Source of the DNA: Verrucomicrobiota bacterium
GTDB taxonomy: Bacteria; Verrucomicrobiota; Verrucomicrobiia; Limisphaerales; Palsa-1400
DNA: 64,000 nt
Direction of reading: 5' to 3'
NCBI GenBank assembly: GCA_049510745.1
Contig: JBEKYR010000012.1
Coordinates: 74,208 to 138,207 of the forward strand
Below, in pieces: positions 31,530 to 40,001 of the stretch. Each line of letters begins with the position of its first letter. Positions within the stretch are counted from its first letter, which is position 1. The notes beneath the pieces are model-generated. The model was given only the letters and a program-made list of their open reading frames with translations. It did not search any database and was not told the DNA's origin. The position numbers and the translations under genes were made by a program.

Positions 31530-32321
31530 TTAGAAACTCTTAACGAAGTACTTATTGGTGCTGTTATTGTTCAGCCCAAGCCGCAAGTCGATCCGTTTGA
31601 ACGGGCCGAAAGACCAGACGACGGCGTGACCGGGCGGGTTCAGGCCGGTGCTGCCGCTGAATTGATTCATGTACATCTGGTTCAGATAAGGATCGAAAGC
31701 GTGGTCGTTGTAGTTTAAGTCAATCGTCACCATATAGGGCAAGCCCCAGGGATCGCGCCACACCTCGTCAGATCCAAGTCCGGGAGGGCCGGGAGCGGCC
31801 CCTGAGGTGGCTGGAGCGGTGGCCGCCTTTGGCTGGAAGAACGGCGTTTGCCGCGAATTGTAAATATGGCCGGAATTGTTGGTGAACTCAGGCCAAAAGT
31901 TATCATCCCCCAGAATCGCCATCAATTCCGAATTGTTATTCTGCCAGGTGGCGGCGGATTCACCGAGGGTCGTGATCGAAAATGCGGCGCCGGTGGCCGG
32001 GTTGATCGGCATTCCAGATAAGGCGCCTGCGGAGCCATTGGCCGAGCCGAAAGTGAAATCGTTGGTGGTCCCCGCGACCGCAGCCACGGCATTGGACGAG
32101 GCGGGAAGCCGGCTATAAGTGGCGTAATACTGCTCGATGGCGCCCACCAAAAGGCTTTCCTCCGATTGTGCCATCTTCATTTGCGTGTTGATTCTGACCC
32201 GGCCATAGGTGGGCACGAGCAGGGCGGCCAAAATTCCGATGATGGCGATGACAACCAGCAGTTCAACGAGAGTAAACGCCGCCCGAAGCGGCCCGGCGGC
32301 GGGAAATGGCCTCTGGCACAT
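31530..32321 (-). CDS. Prepilin-type N-terminal cleavage/methylation domain protein
   Basis: A|FTLVELLVVIAIIGILAALL, RDPWG.PY. Confidence 0.88.
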   Translation of the reverse strand: MCQRPFPAAGPLRAAFTLVELLVVIAIIGILAALLVPTYGRVRINTQMKMAQSEESLLVGAIEQYYATYSRLPASSNAVAAVAGTTNDFTFGSANGSAGALSGMPINPATGAAFSITTLGESAATWQNNNSELMAILGDDNFWPEFTNNSGHIYNSRQTPFFQPKAATAPATSGAAPGPPGLGSDEVWRDPWGLPYMVTIDLNYNDHAFDPYLNQMYMNQFSGSTGLNPPGHAVVWSFGPFKRIDLRLGLNNNSTNKYFVKSF

Positions 32322-32330
32322 AACCCTCCT

Positions 32331-33071
32331 CTAAAAGCTCGTGACGATGTAGCGGTTGGGGGGTAGCGGCGAGCGCAGGAACTGGTTCGTGGCGACGGTC
32401 TTCTGCGGACCAAACGACCAGACCACTGCCACGCCGGGGACGTTGAGGATATTGGTTCTGTTTCCTCCCGGCGGCGACTGGTACATCTGATTCAAGGCGA
32501 CATCAAACACCTTGTTGTCGTAGCCCAAATCGAGCGTCACGATGTACGGCATGCCCCACGGGTCGCGCAAGACTTCGTCCGGCCCGAGACCGGGAGAATT
32601 GGTGTCGAGCGCGGTCTTCGGGTTGAAGAACACCGTCTGTTGCGGGTTGTAAATATGGGCCAGATTGCCGCTCACCTCGGGCCAGACCCTGTCGTCCCGC
32701 AGAATCGCCATGAGTTCGGCGTTATTGGTTTGATACACAGTTTCTCCCGCAGTCATGATGTTGTTCGTGAGACCCAGGCCCGCCGTCCCATAGGTGAAAT
32801 CATTCGAATTGGCGGTCGCCTGCAAAGCCGCCGCCACCGCGTTGCTCGAAGCGGGCAGGCGGCTGTAGGTGGCCTGATACTGGTTAATAGCGCCGACGAG
32901 GTTGACCTCCTCGGCTTGACAGAGCTTGCGCTGGGCGTTGACTTTGGCCCTGCCGAGGGCGGGGAGGAGCAGGCCGGCCAAAATTCCGATGATGGCGATG
33001 ACGACCAGCAGTTCGATCAGGGTAAACGCCCGGCCAGACAGGCGGGTTGCGGGAAACGGTCTCTTTAACAT
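32331..33071 (-). CDS. Prepilin-type N-terminal cleavage/methylation domain protein (paralog of the adjacent gene)
   Basis: A|FTLIELLVVIAIIGILAGLL, RDPWG.PY. Confidence 0.88.
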   Translation of the reverse strand: MLKRPFPATRLSGRAFTLIELLVVIAIIGILAGLLLPALGRAKVNAQRKLCQAEEVNLVGAINQYQATYSRLPASSNAVAAALQATANSNDFTYGTAGLGLTNNIMTAGETVYQTNNAELMAILRDDRVWPEVSGNLAHIYNPQQTVFFNPKTALDTNSPGLGPDEVLRDPWGMPYIVTLDLGYDNKVFDVALNQMYQSPPGGNRTNILNVPGVAVVWSFGPQKTVATNQFLRSPLPPNRYIVTSF

Positions 33072-33128
33072 AGCTTTGCCTTATTCTAATGGTTCAACAC
33101 TTAATGTCAACATTGCCTCCTTGCGGGA

Positions 33129-33203
33129 TGGTGCGCGATGCAGGGATTGAACCTGCGACCCCCACCGTGTCAAGGTGATGCTCTACCACTGAGCTAACCG
33201 CGC
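33129..33203 (-). tRNA. tRNA-Val(GAC)
   Basis: GCGCGGT-TA-GCTCAGTGGTAGAGC-A-TCACC TTGACAC GGTGG-GGGTC-GCAGG TTCAATC CCTGC-ATCGCGC-ACCA folds as a cloverleaf. Confidence 0.97.
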
Positions 33204-33220
33204 CCTCCACCTGTCCAAAC

Positions 33221-34276
33221 CTAGACGCAACCACCCCCGATGGCAAGCGGAGAATGGACGGATTTGAGGCGCTCGATGGCCCAGCGGGCGTGCCCGGCCA
33301 CAAGGGGTTCGGGGTCGAGCGCGGCCCGTTCCAGCGCCGGCAAGGCCCGGCCGTCCCGGCTGTTTCCCAGGGCGACGCAGACGTTGCGCAGGAAGCCGCG
33401 GCGTTTGGCCCGCAGCATGGGAGTGCCCGCGAAGCGCTTTTGGAAGGCGGCGTCGTCCAGCGCCAGCAGAGGGATCAGATCGGGCGCCGCCAGGTCGGAA
33501 CGGTAATGGGGGCGCATGAGGGAGCCTTCGCGGGCGAAACGGTTCCAGGGGCAGGCGGCCAGGCAGTCGTCGCAGCCGTAAATCCGGTTGCCGATGGCGG
33601 GACGCAATTCCTCCGGAATCGCCCCTTTCAATTCAATGGTCAAATAAGAGATGCAGCGGCGGGCGTCGAGCTGGAACGGAGCGGTGATGGCGGCCGTCGG
33701 GCAGGCGTCGATGCAGCGGCGGCACGAGCCGCAGTGGTTTTTTTCGGGCGGGTCCGGTTCCAATTCCAGGGTGGTGATGATTTCGGAGAGAAAAATCCAG
33801 TTGCCGAGCTTGCGGCTGATGAGATTGGTGTGTTTGCCGATGAACCCCAGGCCCGCCCGTTCCGCCAGATCCCGCTCGAGCAACGGACCGGTATCGACGT
33901 AGCACAAGGAGCGGACGCCGCTGCCGAGGGAATTGAGGAATCCGGCCAGGTTTCGGAGGCGTTCGCCCAGCACGTGGTGATAATCGGCAAACCGGGCGTA
34001 GCGGGCGATTAAGCCGGCGCCCGGCGCCGGGACCGGACCGGAAGCGGACGGCGGTGTGTAGCTGACAGCCAGGGTGAGGATGGATTTGGCGGCGGCCAGG
34101 ACTTGGGCCGGGTCGATGCGTTTGCGGGCGTTGCGTTCGAGGTAGGCCATCTGGCCGTGGCAACCAGCGGCGAGCCAGCGTTGGAATTGGGCGGCGTGGG
34201 CGGGCGGCTGCGCCGAGGTGAAACGGCAGTCGTCAAAGCCCAACTGGCGGGCGCGTTGCCGGATGGCGGTCTTCAC
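33221..34276 (-). CDS. queG: Epoxyqueuosine reductase
   Basis: ARYA..DYH, VDTGPLLER, CGSCRRCIDACPT, RCISYLTIE, GCDDC..CPWN. Confidence 0.95.
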   Translation of the reverse strand: MKTAIRQRARQLGFDDCRFTSAQPPAHAAQFQRWLAAGCHGQMAYLERNARKRIDPAQVLAAAKSILTLAVSYTPPSASGPVPAPGAGLIARYARFADYHHVLGERLRNLAGFLNSLGSGVRSLCYVDTGPLLERDLAERAGLGFIGKHTNLISRKLGNWIFLSEIITTLELEPDPPEKNHCGSCRRCIDACPTAAITAPFQLDARRCISYLTIELKGAIPEELRPAIGNRIYGCDDCLAACPWNRFAREGSLMRPHYRSDLAAPDLIPLLALDDAAFQKRFAGTPMLRAKRRGFLRNVCVALGNSRDGRALPALERAALDPEPLVAGHARWAIERLKSVHSPLAIGGGCV

Positions 34277-34746
34277 TGCTCAAAGAACTGCCCAAGAATG
34301 AATTTAACCGCATAGAGCGCAGAGATCACAAAGATGAGAAAGGGCGCCGAATGAGACCGATTATCGCGGACTGCCCGAGAAAGCGCGAATTTGCGGATTT
34401 CAAATTTGTAGGAACCGAAATTGATGAGCAGGCCGTGTTCGAGGCGCGCCGACTTAAGATATCCCATAACTTGGGCGATGTGTTCGGGCGCGATTGCTCT
34501 TGCGGTTTTCAGTTCGATCACAAGGCAGCTCTCAATCAACAAATCCGCGGAATAATCGCCGACGAGTGTTCCATCCTCGTCGAAAACCGGGAGAGGATGT
34601 TGCTGTTTGACCTCAAGTCCTGCCTTTCGCAGTCGATGAGCGAGGGCGTTTTCATAGACTTTTTCCAGATGACCGTGTCCATGATAAACATGAATGTCGT
34701 ACGCTGTCTGCCGAACTTGGTCGCACAGTGCCTGAATGTCTCTCAT
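34273..34746 (-). CDS. GxxExxY protein (PD-(D/E)XK nuclease superfamily)
   Basis: GHLEKVYENAL, ADLLIE..IELK, QVMGYLK..GLLINFG. Confidence 0.9.
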   Translation of the reverse strand: MRDIQALCDQVRQTAYDIHVYHGHGHLEKVYENALAHRLRKAGLEVKQQHPLPVFDEDGTLVGDYSADLLIESCLVIELKTARAIAPEHIAQVMGYLKSARLEHGLLINFGSYKFEIRKFALSRAVRDNRSHSAPFLIFVISALYAVKFILGQFFEQ

Positions 34747-34801
34747 AATCTGCCTTTCTCATTTGCGTTCTTTGAGTTCTTTGCGGTTAAACTCTCTGCG
34801 G

Positions 34802-35353
34802 CTAAATCGCTTTTCCCTTGCGGGCGAGGTGGAATTGGTGGAGGACTTGCTGGACGACTTCCTTGGGGGAACGTTGATCGGTCAGGATCATGACGTCGGC
34901 CTGGCGATAGGCCGGTTTGCGCTGTTCGAGCAATTCGCGAATCCGGACCAGGGGATCGGGCGTCTGGACGAGGAGCGGGCGATGGGTTTGCGCGCGCACC
35001 CGCTCCCAAATGGTTTCCGGCGAGGCCCACAAACAGACGACCAGCGCGTGCGTTTTCAGGCTGGCCAGGTTGTCGGGATTGACGATCAGGCCGCCGCCGG
35101 TGGCAATGACCGTGTTGCGGCGGGTGGTCAGACCCTGCACCACGTTCCGTTCCAGGGCGCGAAATTCCTCTTCACCATGCTGGGTGAAAATGTCGCTGAT
35201 GGACTTTCCGGTCTGGCTTTCGATCAATTCGTCGGTGTCGATGAAAGCGAATTGGAGATGCTCGCAGGCGAGTCGGGCGACGGAAGACTTGCCCGTGCCC
35301 ATGAATCCGACAAGGGCGAGGTTATGGATGGCGCGAGGATGAGACGCATTCAA
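34802..35353 (-). CDS. aroK: Shikimate kinase
   Basis: GFMGTGKS, DTD, GEEEFRALE, ATGGG, RPLL; start uncertain. Confidence 0.93.
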   Translation of the reverse strand: MNASHPRAIHNLALVGFMGTGKSSVARLACEHLQFAFIDTDELIESQTGKSISDIFTQHGEEEFRALERNVVQGLTTRRNTVIATGGGLIVNPDNLASLKTHALVVCLWASPETIWERVRAQTHRPLLVQTPDPLVRIRELLEQRKPAYRQADVMILTDQRSPKEVVQQVLHQFHLARKGKAI

Positions 35354-35417
35354 GGGTCTTATGTTTGAACCAAAGCCGGCCATTTGCAAGCCCGCAGCGG
35401 GCGTCAATCACCCCAAT

Positions 35418-35798
35418 TTACGGGGGAAGAGCGAAGGCGGTTCGATGTCTGGCGGACGCATCCAAGGTAGCCCAGAGCATGCCGTGCCTTTCCGCCAAAC
35501 TGGCCAGATAGAAATCTGTCGTTTTCCCGCTGACAGGGGCGGGTTCGCTGTCGAGCGCCGCCAAGTCGCAAGGAATGCTTTTGGGCCGCAGCTTTTTGTG
35601 CCAGTCTGCAAGCATTTCCCGGGCTTGCTCCATCGAAGCGCCGAAAGCCGGCTGCGTTGATATGCGCAGGAAGCCAAGCTCGACAATGGGGCAAACCGCC
35701 ACCGATTTCCCGGTCTGCCACCGTATCACGCGGGAATGGTGCTCGTGGTTGTCCCAAAGCCACGCCAACAGAACGGAGACGTCGAGCAGAAACGTCAT
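35418..35798 (-). CDS. VapC-family PIN toxin
   Basis: FLLDVSVLLA, VELGFLRIST, TDFYLASLA, ATLD. Confidence 0.85.
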   Translation of the reverse strand: MTFLLDVSVLLAWLWDNHEHHSRVIRWQTGKSVAVCPIVELGFLRISTQPAFGASMEQAREMLADWHKKLRPKSIPCDLAALDSEPAPVSGKTTDFYLASLAERHGMLWATLDASARHRTAFALPP

Positions 35799-36022
35799 GG
35801 GAATTGATCCATGAGCGCTCGGGTTTGCGCCATTGTAATTCGCCGTCCATTGGTTGCCAAAAGAAGCCCCTGTTTGCGCTTGAGAGTGACTTTCCGCGGG
35901 GCCTTCTCCAGCCGTGTCAAGACGAACTGGCCTGCGTCCGTTTTTTCGACAGCAAAGGCATCACCCGGGTGGGCGGGTTCGGGGAGTGTCACCCGGCGTC
36001 TGGAATCGGCGACAATAATCAT
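35795..36022 (-). CDS. AbrB-like antitoxin
   Basis: ADSRRRVTLP..PGD; ATGA overlap with the toxin; GTGGG-tataa-CCCAC palindrome over its promoter (36026-36040). Confidence 0.7.
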   Translation of the reverse strand: MIIVADSRRRVTLPEPAHPGDAFAVEKTDAGQFVLTRLEKAPRKVTLKRKQGLLLATNGRRITMAQTRALMDQFP

Positions 36023-36073
36023 GGAGTGGGTATAACCCACATTGGGACATTTGGCAAGTTGGAGCCGACGCCT

Positions 36074-37552
36074 TTATTCCGCCAAGGGCGGCTTGGCTTT
36101 GTGCCAGGGGGTGCTTTGTTCGTAGGCGTGCGCCAGTTTGAGCAGCGTTTCTTCGCCGAAAGGCTTGCCCAGCAGTTGCAGGCCAATGGGAAGTTTGGGA
36201 CTGGCGGTAAAGCCGCAGGGCAGACTCAGGCCGCAGATGCCGGCCAGATTGCAGGAGATGGTGAAAATGTCCGAGAGATACATCTGCAGCGGGTCGCCGG
36301 CTTTTTCGCCCACCTTAAAGGCGGCGGTCGGCGAGGTCGGCGTGATAATGGCATCGACTTTCCCGAAGGCGTCGAGGAAATCGCGCCGAATCAAGGTGCG
36401 GACTTTCTGGGCGCGCAAATAGTAGGCGTCGTAGTAACCGCTGCTCAGGACGTAAGCCCCAAGGATGATGCGGCGTTTGACCTCCGCCCCGAACCCGGCC
36501 CCGCGCGTTTTGCAGTAAAGATCAATGGGATCGCCGCCCTCCACGCGCAGGCCGTAACGGATGCCGTCAAAGCGGGCGAGGTTGGCGCTGGCCTCGGCGG
36601 TGGCGATGATGTAATAGGCCGCCACGGCAAAGTCGGTGTGCGGCAGGGAAATTTCCACGATCTCCGCCCCCAGTTTTTCATATTGACGGACGGCGGATTG
36701 GACGGCCGCGCCGACGGCCGGGTCCAGGCCGCCGATCATGTACTCTTTGGCCAGGCCCAGTTTCAGGCCCTTGATCCGGCCGTCGAGCGCGGCGGCATAA
36801 TCGGGCACGGGCGAGGGCACGCACGTCGAGTCGCGCGGGTCCGGGCCGCTGATGGCGCCGAGGACGAGGGCGGCGTCGCGCACGTCTTTGGCGAGGGGGC
36901 CGATTTGGTCAAGCGACGAGGCGAAGGCCACCAGGCCGTAGCGCGAAACGCGCCCGTAAGTGGGCTTCAAACCGACGCAGCCGCACAGGGCGGCGGGTTG
37001 GCGAATGGAACCGCCGGTGTCGCTGCCCAGCGCGGCGATGCACTCGTCGGCGGCGACGGCGGCGGCGGAACCGCCGGAGGAACCGCCCGGAATGCGGCCG
37101 GTGTCCCACGGATTGTGAGTGACGCCGAAAGCGGAGTTTTCCGTCGAACTGCCCATGGCGAATTCGTCCATGTTCAGGCGGCCAAAGACAATCGCGCCAG
37201 CCTGGCGCAGTTTATCAATGACGGTGGCGCTGTAGGGGGAGATGAATTGGCCGAGGATTTTGGAGCCGCAATTGAGGGGTTGCCCGCGCACGGCCAGGAC
37301 ATCCTTGATGCCGATGGGAATGCCGAGCAGCGGTTTGCCGGTTGTTCCGCCCGCCAGCTCGCGGTCGGCGGCGTCGGCCTGCTCTAGGGCGTCGGCGGCA
37401 TCATAGCTGATAAAGGCATGGACTTGGCCCTCGACGCGCTCGATCCGGTCCAGGCAGGCCTGCATGACTTGGCGGGCGGAAACCTCGCGGCGGCCGAGTT
37501 TGGCGGCCAATTCCCAAGTGGTCAGTTGGTTGAGCATGGCGGTGACGGTCAT
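36074..37552 (-). CDS. gatA: Asp/Glu-tRNA amidotransferase subunit A
   Basis: [40 protein letters not shown]. Confidence 0.97.
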   Translation of the reverse strand: MTVTAMLNQLTTWELAAKLGRREVSARQVMQACLDRIERVEGQVHAFISYDAADALEQADAADRELAGGTTGKPLLGIPIGIKDVLAVRGQPLNCGSKILGQFISPYSATVIDKLRQAGAIVFGRLNMDEFAMGSSTENSAFGVTHNPWDTGRIPGGSSGGSAAAVAADECIAALGSDTGGSIRQPAALCGCVGLKPTYGRVSRYGLVAFASSLDQIGPLAKDVRDAALVLGAISGPDPRDSTCVPSPVPDYAAALDGRIKGLKLGLAKEYMIGGLDPAVGAAVQSAVRQYEKLGAEIVEISLPHTDFAVAAYYIIATAEASANLARFDGIRYGLRVEGGDPIDLYCKTRGAGFGAEVKRRIILGAYVLSSGYYDAYYLRAQKVRTLIRRDFLDAFGKVDAIITPTSPTAAFKVGEKAGDPLQMYLSDIFTISCNLAGICGLSLPCGFTASPKLPIGLQLLGKPFGEETLLKLAHAYEQSTPWHKAKPPLAE

Positions 37553-37833
37553 TCCACTATCTTGGGAACGAGGAACAACCCGTTGGCCGTGGCGGGGGCG
37601 TTGCGCAGCGCCTCGGCCTGCGGCAGGGAGGGGCGGATCTCGTCGTGCCGAAAGACGTTGAGGAGCGGGACGGCGTGGGCGGTCGGCTCGATTTGGCTGA
37701 CGTCGAGTTGGTTGAGCTTTTCGATGTAGCCGAGGATGTTGGAGAGTTGGGCGCCGAATTGTTCCTCTTCGGCGGGGGTCAGGGCGATGCGCGCCAGATG
37801 GGCCACGTATTTGACGTCGAAGTTGCCGGGCAT
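37549..37833 (-). CDS. gatC: Asp/Glu-tRNA amidotransferase subunit C
   Basis: VAHLARI, L.NAP...FLVPKIVE. Confidence 0.95.
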   Translation of the reverse strand: MPGNFDVKYVAHLARIALTPAEEEQFGAQLSNILGYIEKLNQLDVSQIEPTAHAVPLLNVFRHDEIRPSLPQAEALRNAPATANGLFLVPKIVE

Positions 37834-37843
37834 GGGATGAGGA

Positions 37844-38143
37844 TCAGGTTTCGTCGAATTTGCGCTTCAGGAGCGCTTCGATGGCATCGAGGGCCTGGTG
37901 GGAATCGTCGCCTTCGCAGGTGACGACCAATTTGGTTCCCGGGCCGGCGGCCAGCATCATCAAGCCCATGATGCTCTTGCCGTTGACTTGTTCGCCGCCC
38001 CGCTCGACGAGCACACTACAGGCGAACTGGTTGGCGACCTTGACAAACATGGCGGCCGGGCGGGCGTGGATGCCCAGCTTGTTGATCACCACCAGTTCAC
38101 GATGGAGAGCTTGTTTGCCGCCGGTCTTTTTCGCACTACTCAT
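37844..38143 (-). CDS. ptsH: HPr phosphocarrier protein
   Basis: NKLGIHARPA, NGKSIMGLMML. Confidence 0.95.
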   Translation of the reverse strand: MSSAKKTGGKQALHRELVVINKLGIHARPAAMFVKVANQFACSVLVERGGEQVNGKSIMGLMMLAAGPGTKLVVTCEGDDSHQALDAIEALLKRKFDET

Positions 38144-38186
38144 GCCGCGCCATCTTGAAGGGGAAGGGAAGTTTTTGCGATGAAAA

Positions 38187-39137
38187 TTATATCGGGGCTT
38201 TTCCGCCGGCCATTTGGGCCAGGAGGCGGTCATTCAATTCCCGGGCCGAATTGCGGCCCGATTTCTTGAGTTTGATTTGAAACGCCGCCACTTCGATCAG
38301 CCGCGCCAGATCGCGTCCGGGCCGGACGGGGATCGTGATATGCGGGACCGGCACGCCGAGAATTCTGACAAATTCCTGCTCCATGCCGACGCGGTCCACG
38401 TCGGTCACCTCTTCCCACTGTTTGAGAGAGATAACCAGATCGACGGTTTTCTCGGAGCGGATGCTGCGGACGCCGAACATATCGGCCACGTTGATGATGC
38501 CGATGCCGCGGACTTCCATGTGGTTGCGGGTCACTCCGGCGCCGGTGCCGAGAATCTCGCGTCCGTCCAACAGAGTGACGCGGGTGACATCGTCGGAAAC
38601 CAGGCTGTAGCCGCGTTCGATCAGGGCCAGGACGCTTTCACTTTTGCCGATGCCGCTTTCGCCGCGGATGATGACGCCGACGCCGAGGATATCGACCATG
38701 CTGCCCATCTCGCTGGCGCGCGGGGCGAAGAGCATTTCCAGGGCGATGGTGGCGCGGTTGATGAACTTCATGGTGATCATCGGGGTGACGAAGATGGGCA
38801 CCTGGGCCTTCTCGGCGGCGCGGAGGAAGAGTTTTTCCGGGACGAGGTTGCGGGAGAAGATGACGCCGGGAATCCTGTAGGAAAACAAATTGGCGTAGCG
38901 TTTCTCGCGATCGGCGGCGGAGAGGGTTTTGAGGAACCAGGACTCGGCGTTGCCGATGACCTGCAGGCGTTTGTTGGCGAAGTAGCGCGTAAACCCGGCC
39001 AGCGCCAAGCCCGGGCGGTTGACCGTCGGTTCGCGGATAATGCGCTTGAGGCCCGTGGCCCCCGCCACCAATCTCAAGGGCAGGTTGGGGGATTGGTCGG
39101 TGTAAAACCGCTCGACTGTTATTGTATCACGCTGCAT
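38187..39137 (-). CDS. hprK: HPr kinase/phosphorylase
   Basis: NRPGLALAG, GESGIGKSE, LVSDD, EVRGIGII, PVRPGR. Confidence 0.95.
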   Translation of the reverse strand: MQRDTITVERFYTDQSPNLPLRLVAGATGLKRIIREPTVNRPGLALAGFTRYFANKRLQVIGNAESWFLKTLSAADREKRYANLFSYRIPGVIFSRNLVPEKLFLRAAEKAQVPIFVTPMITMKFINRATIALEMLFAPRASEMGSMVDILGVGVIIRGESGIGKSESVLALIERGYSLVSDDVTRVTLLDGREILGTGAGVTRNHMEVRGIGIINVADMFGVRSIRSEKTVDLVISLKQWEEVTDVDRVGMEQEFVRILGVPVPHITIPVRPGRDLARLIEVAAFQIKLKKSGRNSARELNDRLLAQMAGGKAPI

Positions 39138-39197
39138 GGGGAAGGGATGATAGGGGAAGGGGGGCGGCAAGTCAGCCACAAAGTGGACGCCCGCCGC

Positions 39198-39998
39198 TCA
39201 CAAATTAAACTCCGGCCCCAAATAAATCTCGCGCGCTTTCGGGTCGTCGGGCATGTCCGGCCCCAATCCTTCGTACACGACCTGGCCGTGGTGGATCAAA
39301 TAGGCGCGGTCCACCAACTTGAGCGTCTCACGGGCGTCGTGGTCGGTGACCAAGATGCCCAGGCCGCGTTCCTTGAGGCGGCGGATGATTTTTTGCACTT
39401 CATACTTGGCGATGGGGTCGATGCCGCTGAAGGGTTCGTCCAAGAGCAGCAATTTGGGGCTGGTCACAAGGGCGCGCGTGATTTCCAGCCGGCGTTTCTC
39501 GCCGCCGCTCAGGGTGTAGGCCTTGCTTTTGGCCAGGCGGGCCAGGTCCAGTTCGTCCAGGAGCGATTGGAGCCGCAATTGCCGCTCCTTGGCGCCGAGG
39601 GCGCAGGTTTCCAAAATCGCCAGGATGTTTTGCTCGACGGTCAGTTTGCGGAAGACCGACGGTTCCTGTGTCAAATATCCAATGCCCAGCCGGGCGCGCT
39701 TGTGCATCGGCAGCCTGGTGATGTCTTTGCCTTGAAACGCCACTTTGCCTTCGTCCGGCTTGACGATGCCGACGACGATGTTGAAGGTCGTGGTTTTGCC
39801 GGCGCCGTTGGGTCCGAGCAGTCCGACAATTTCGCCGGCGTTGACGAAAATGGAAACGCCGTTGACCACCCGGCGGTCGTTGTATTTCTTGACCAATTTG
39901 TAGGTCGAAAGCAGCGGGACGGCTGTGTCAACGGCCACCGCGGGCGCCGGAGTATTCTTCCGCAACACCGGTTTGGTTTCTGGATTTGGCTCGCTCAT
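39198..39998 (-). CDS. lptB: LPS export ABC ATPase
   Basis: GPNGAGKTT, LSGGEKRRLEITRAL, LLDEPFSGIDP. Confidence 0.95.
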   Translation of the reverse strand: MSEPNPETKPVLRKNTPAPAVAVDTAVPLLSTYKLVKKYNDRRVVNGVSIFVNAGEIVGLLGPNGAGKTTTFNIVVGIVKPDEGKVAFQGKDITRLPMHKRARLGIGYLTQEPSVFRKLTVEQNILAILETCALGAKERQLRLQSLLDELDLARLAKSKAYTLSGGEKRRLEITRALVTSPKLLLLDEPFSGIDPIAKYEVQKIIRRLKERGLGILVTDHDARETLKLVDRAYLIHHGQVVYEGLGPDMPDDPKAREIYLGPEFNL

Positions 39999-40001
39999 GC
40001 C

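Noticed and set aside
33129..33203. tRNA-Val as an integration site for the pilin genes
   Set aside because: No duplicated tRNA-Val 3' end or integrase was seen nearby
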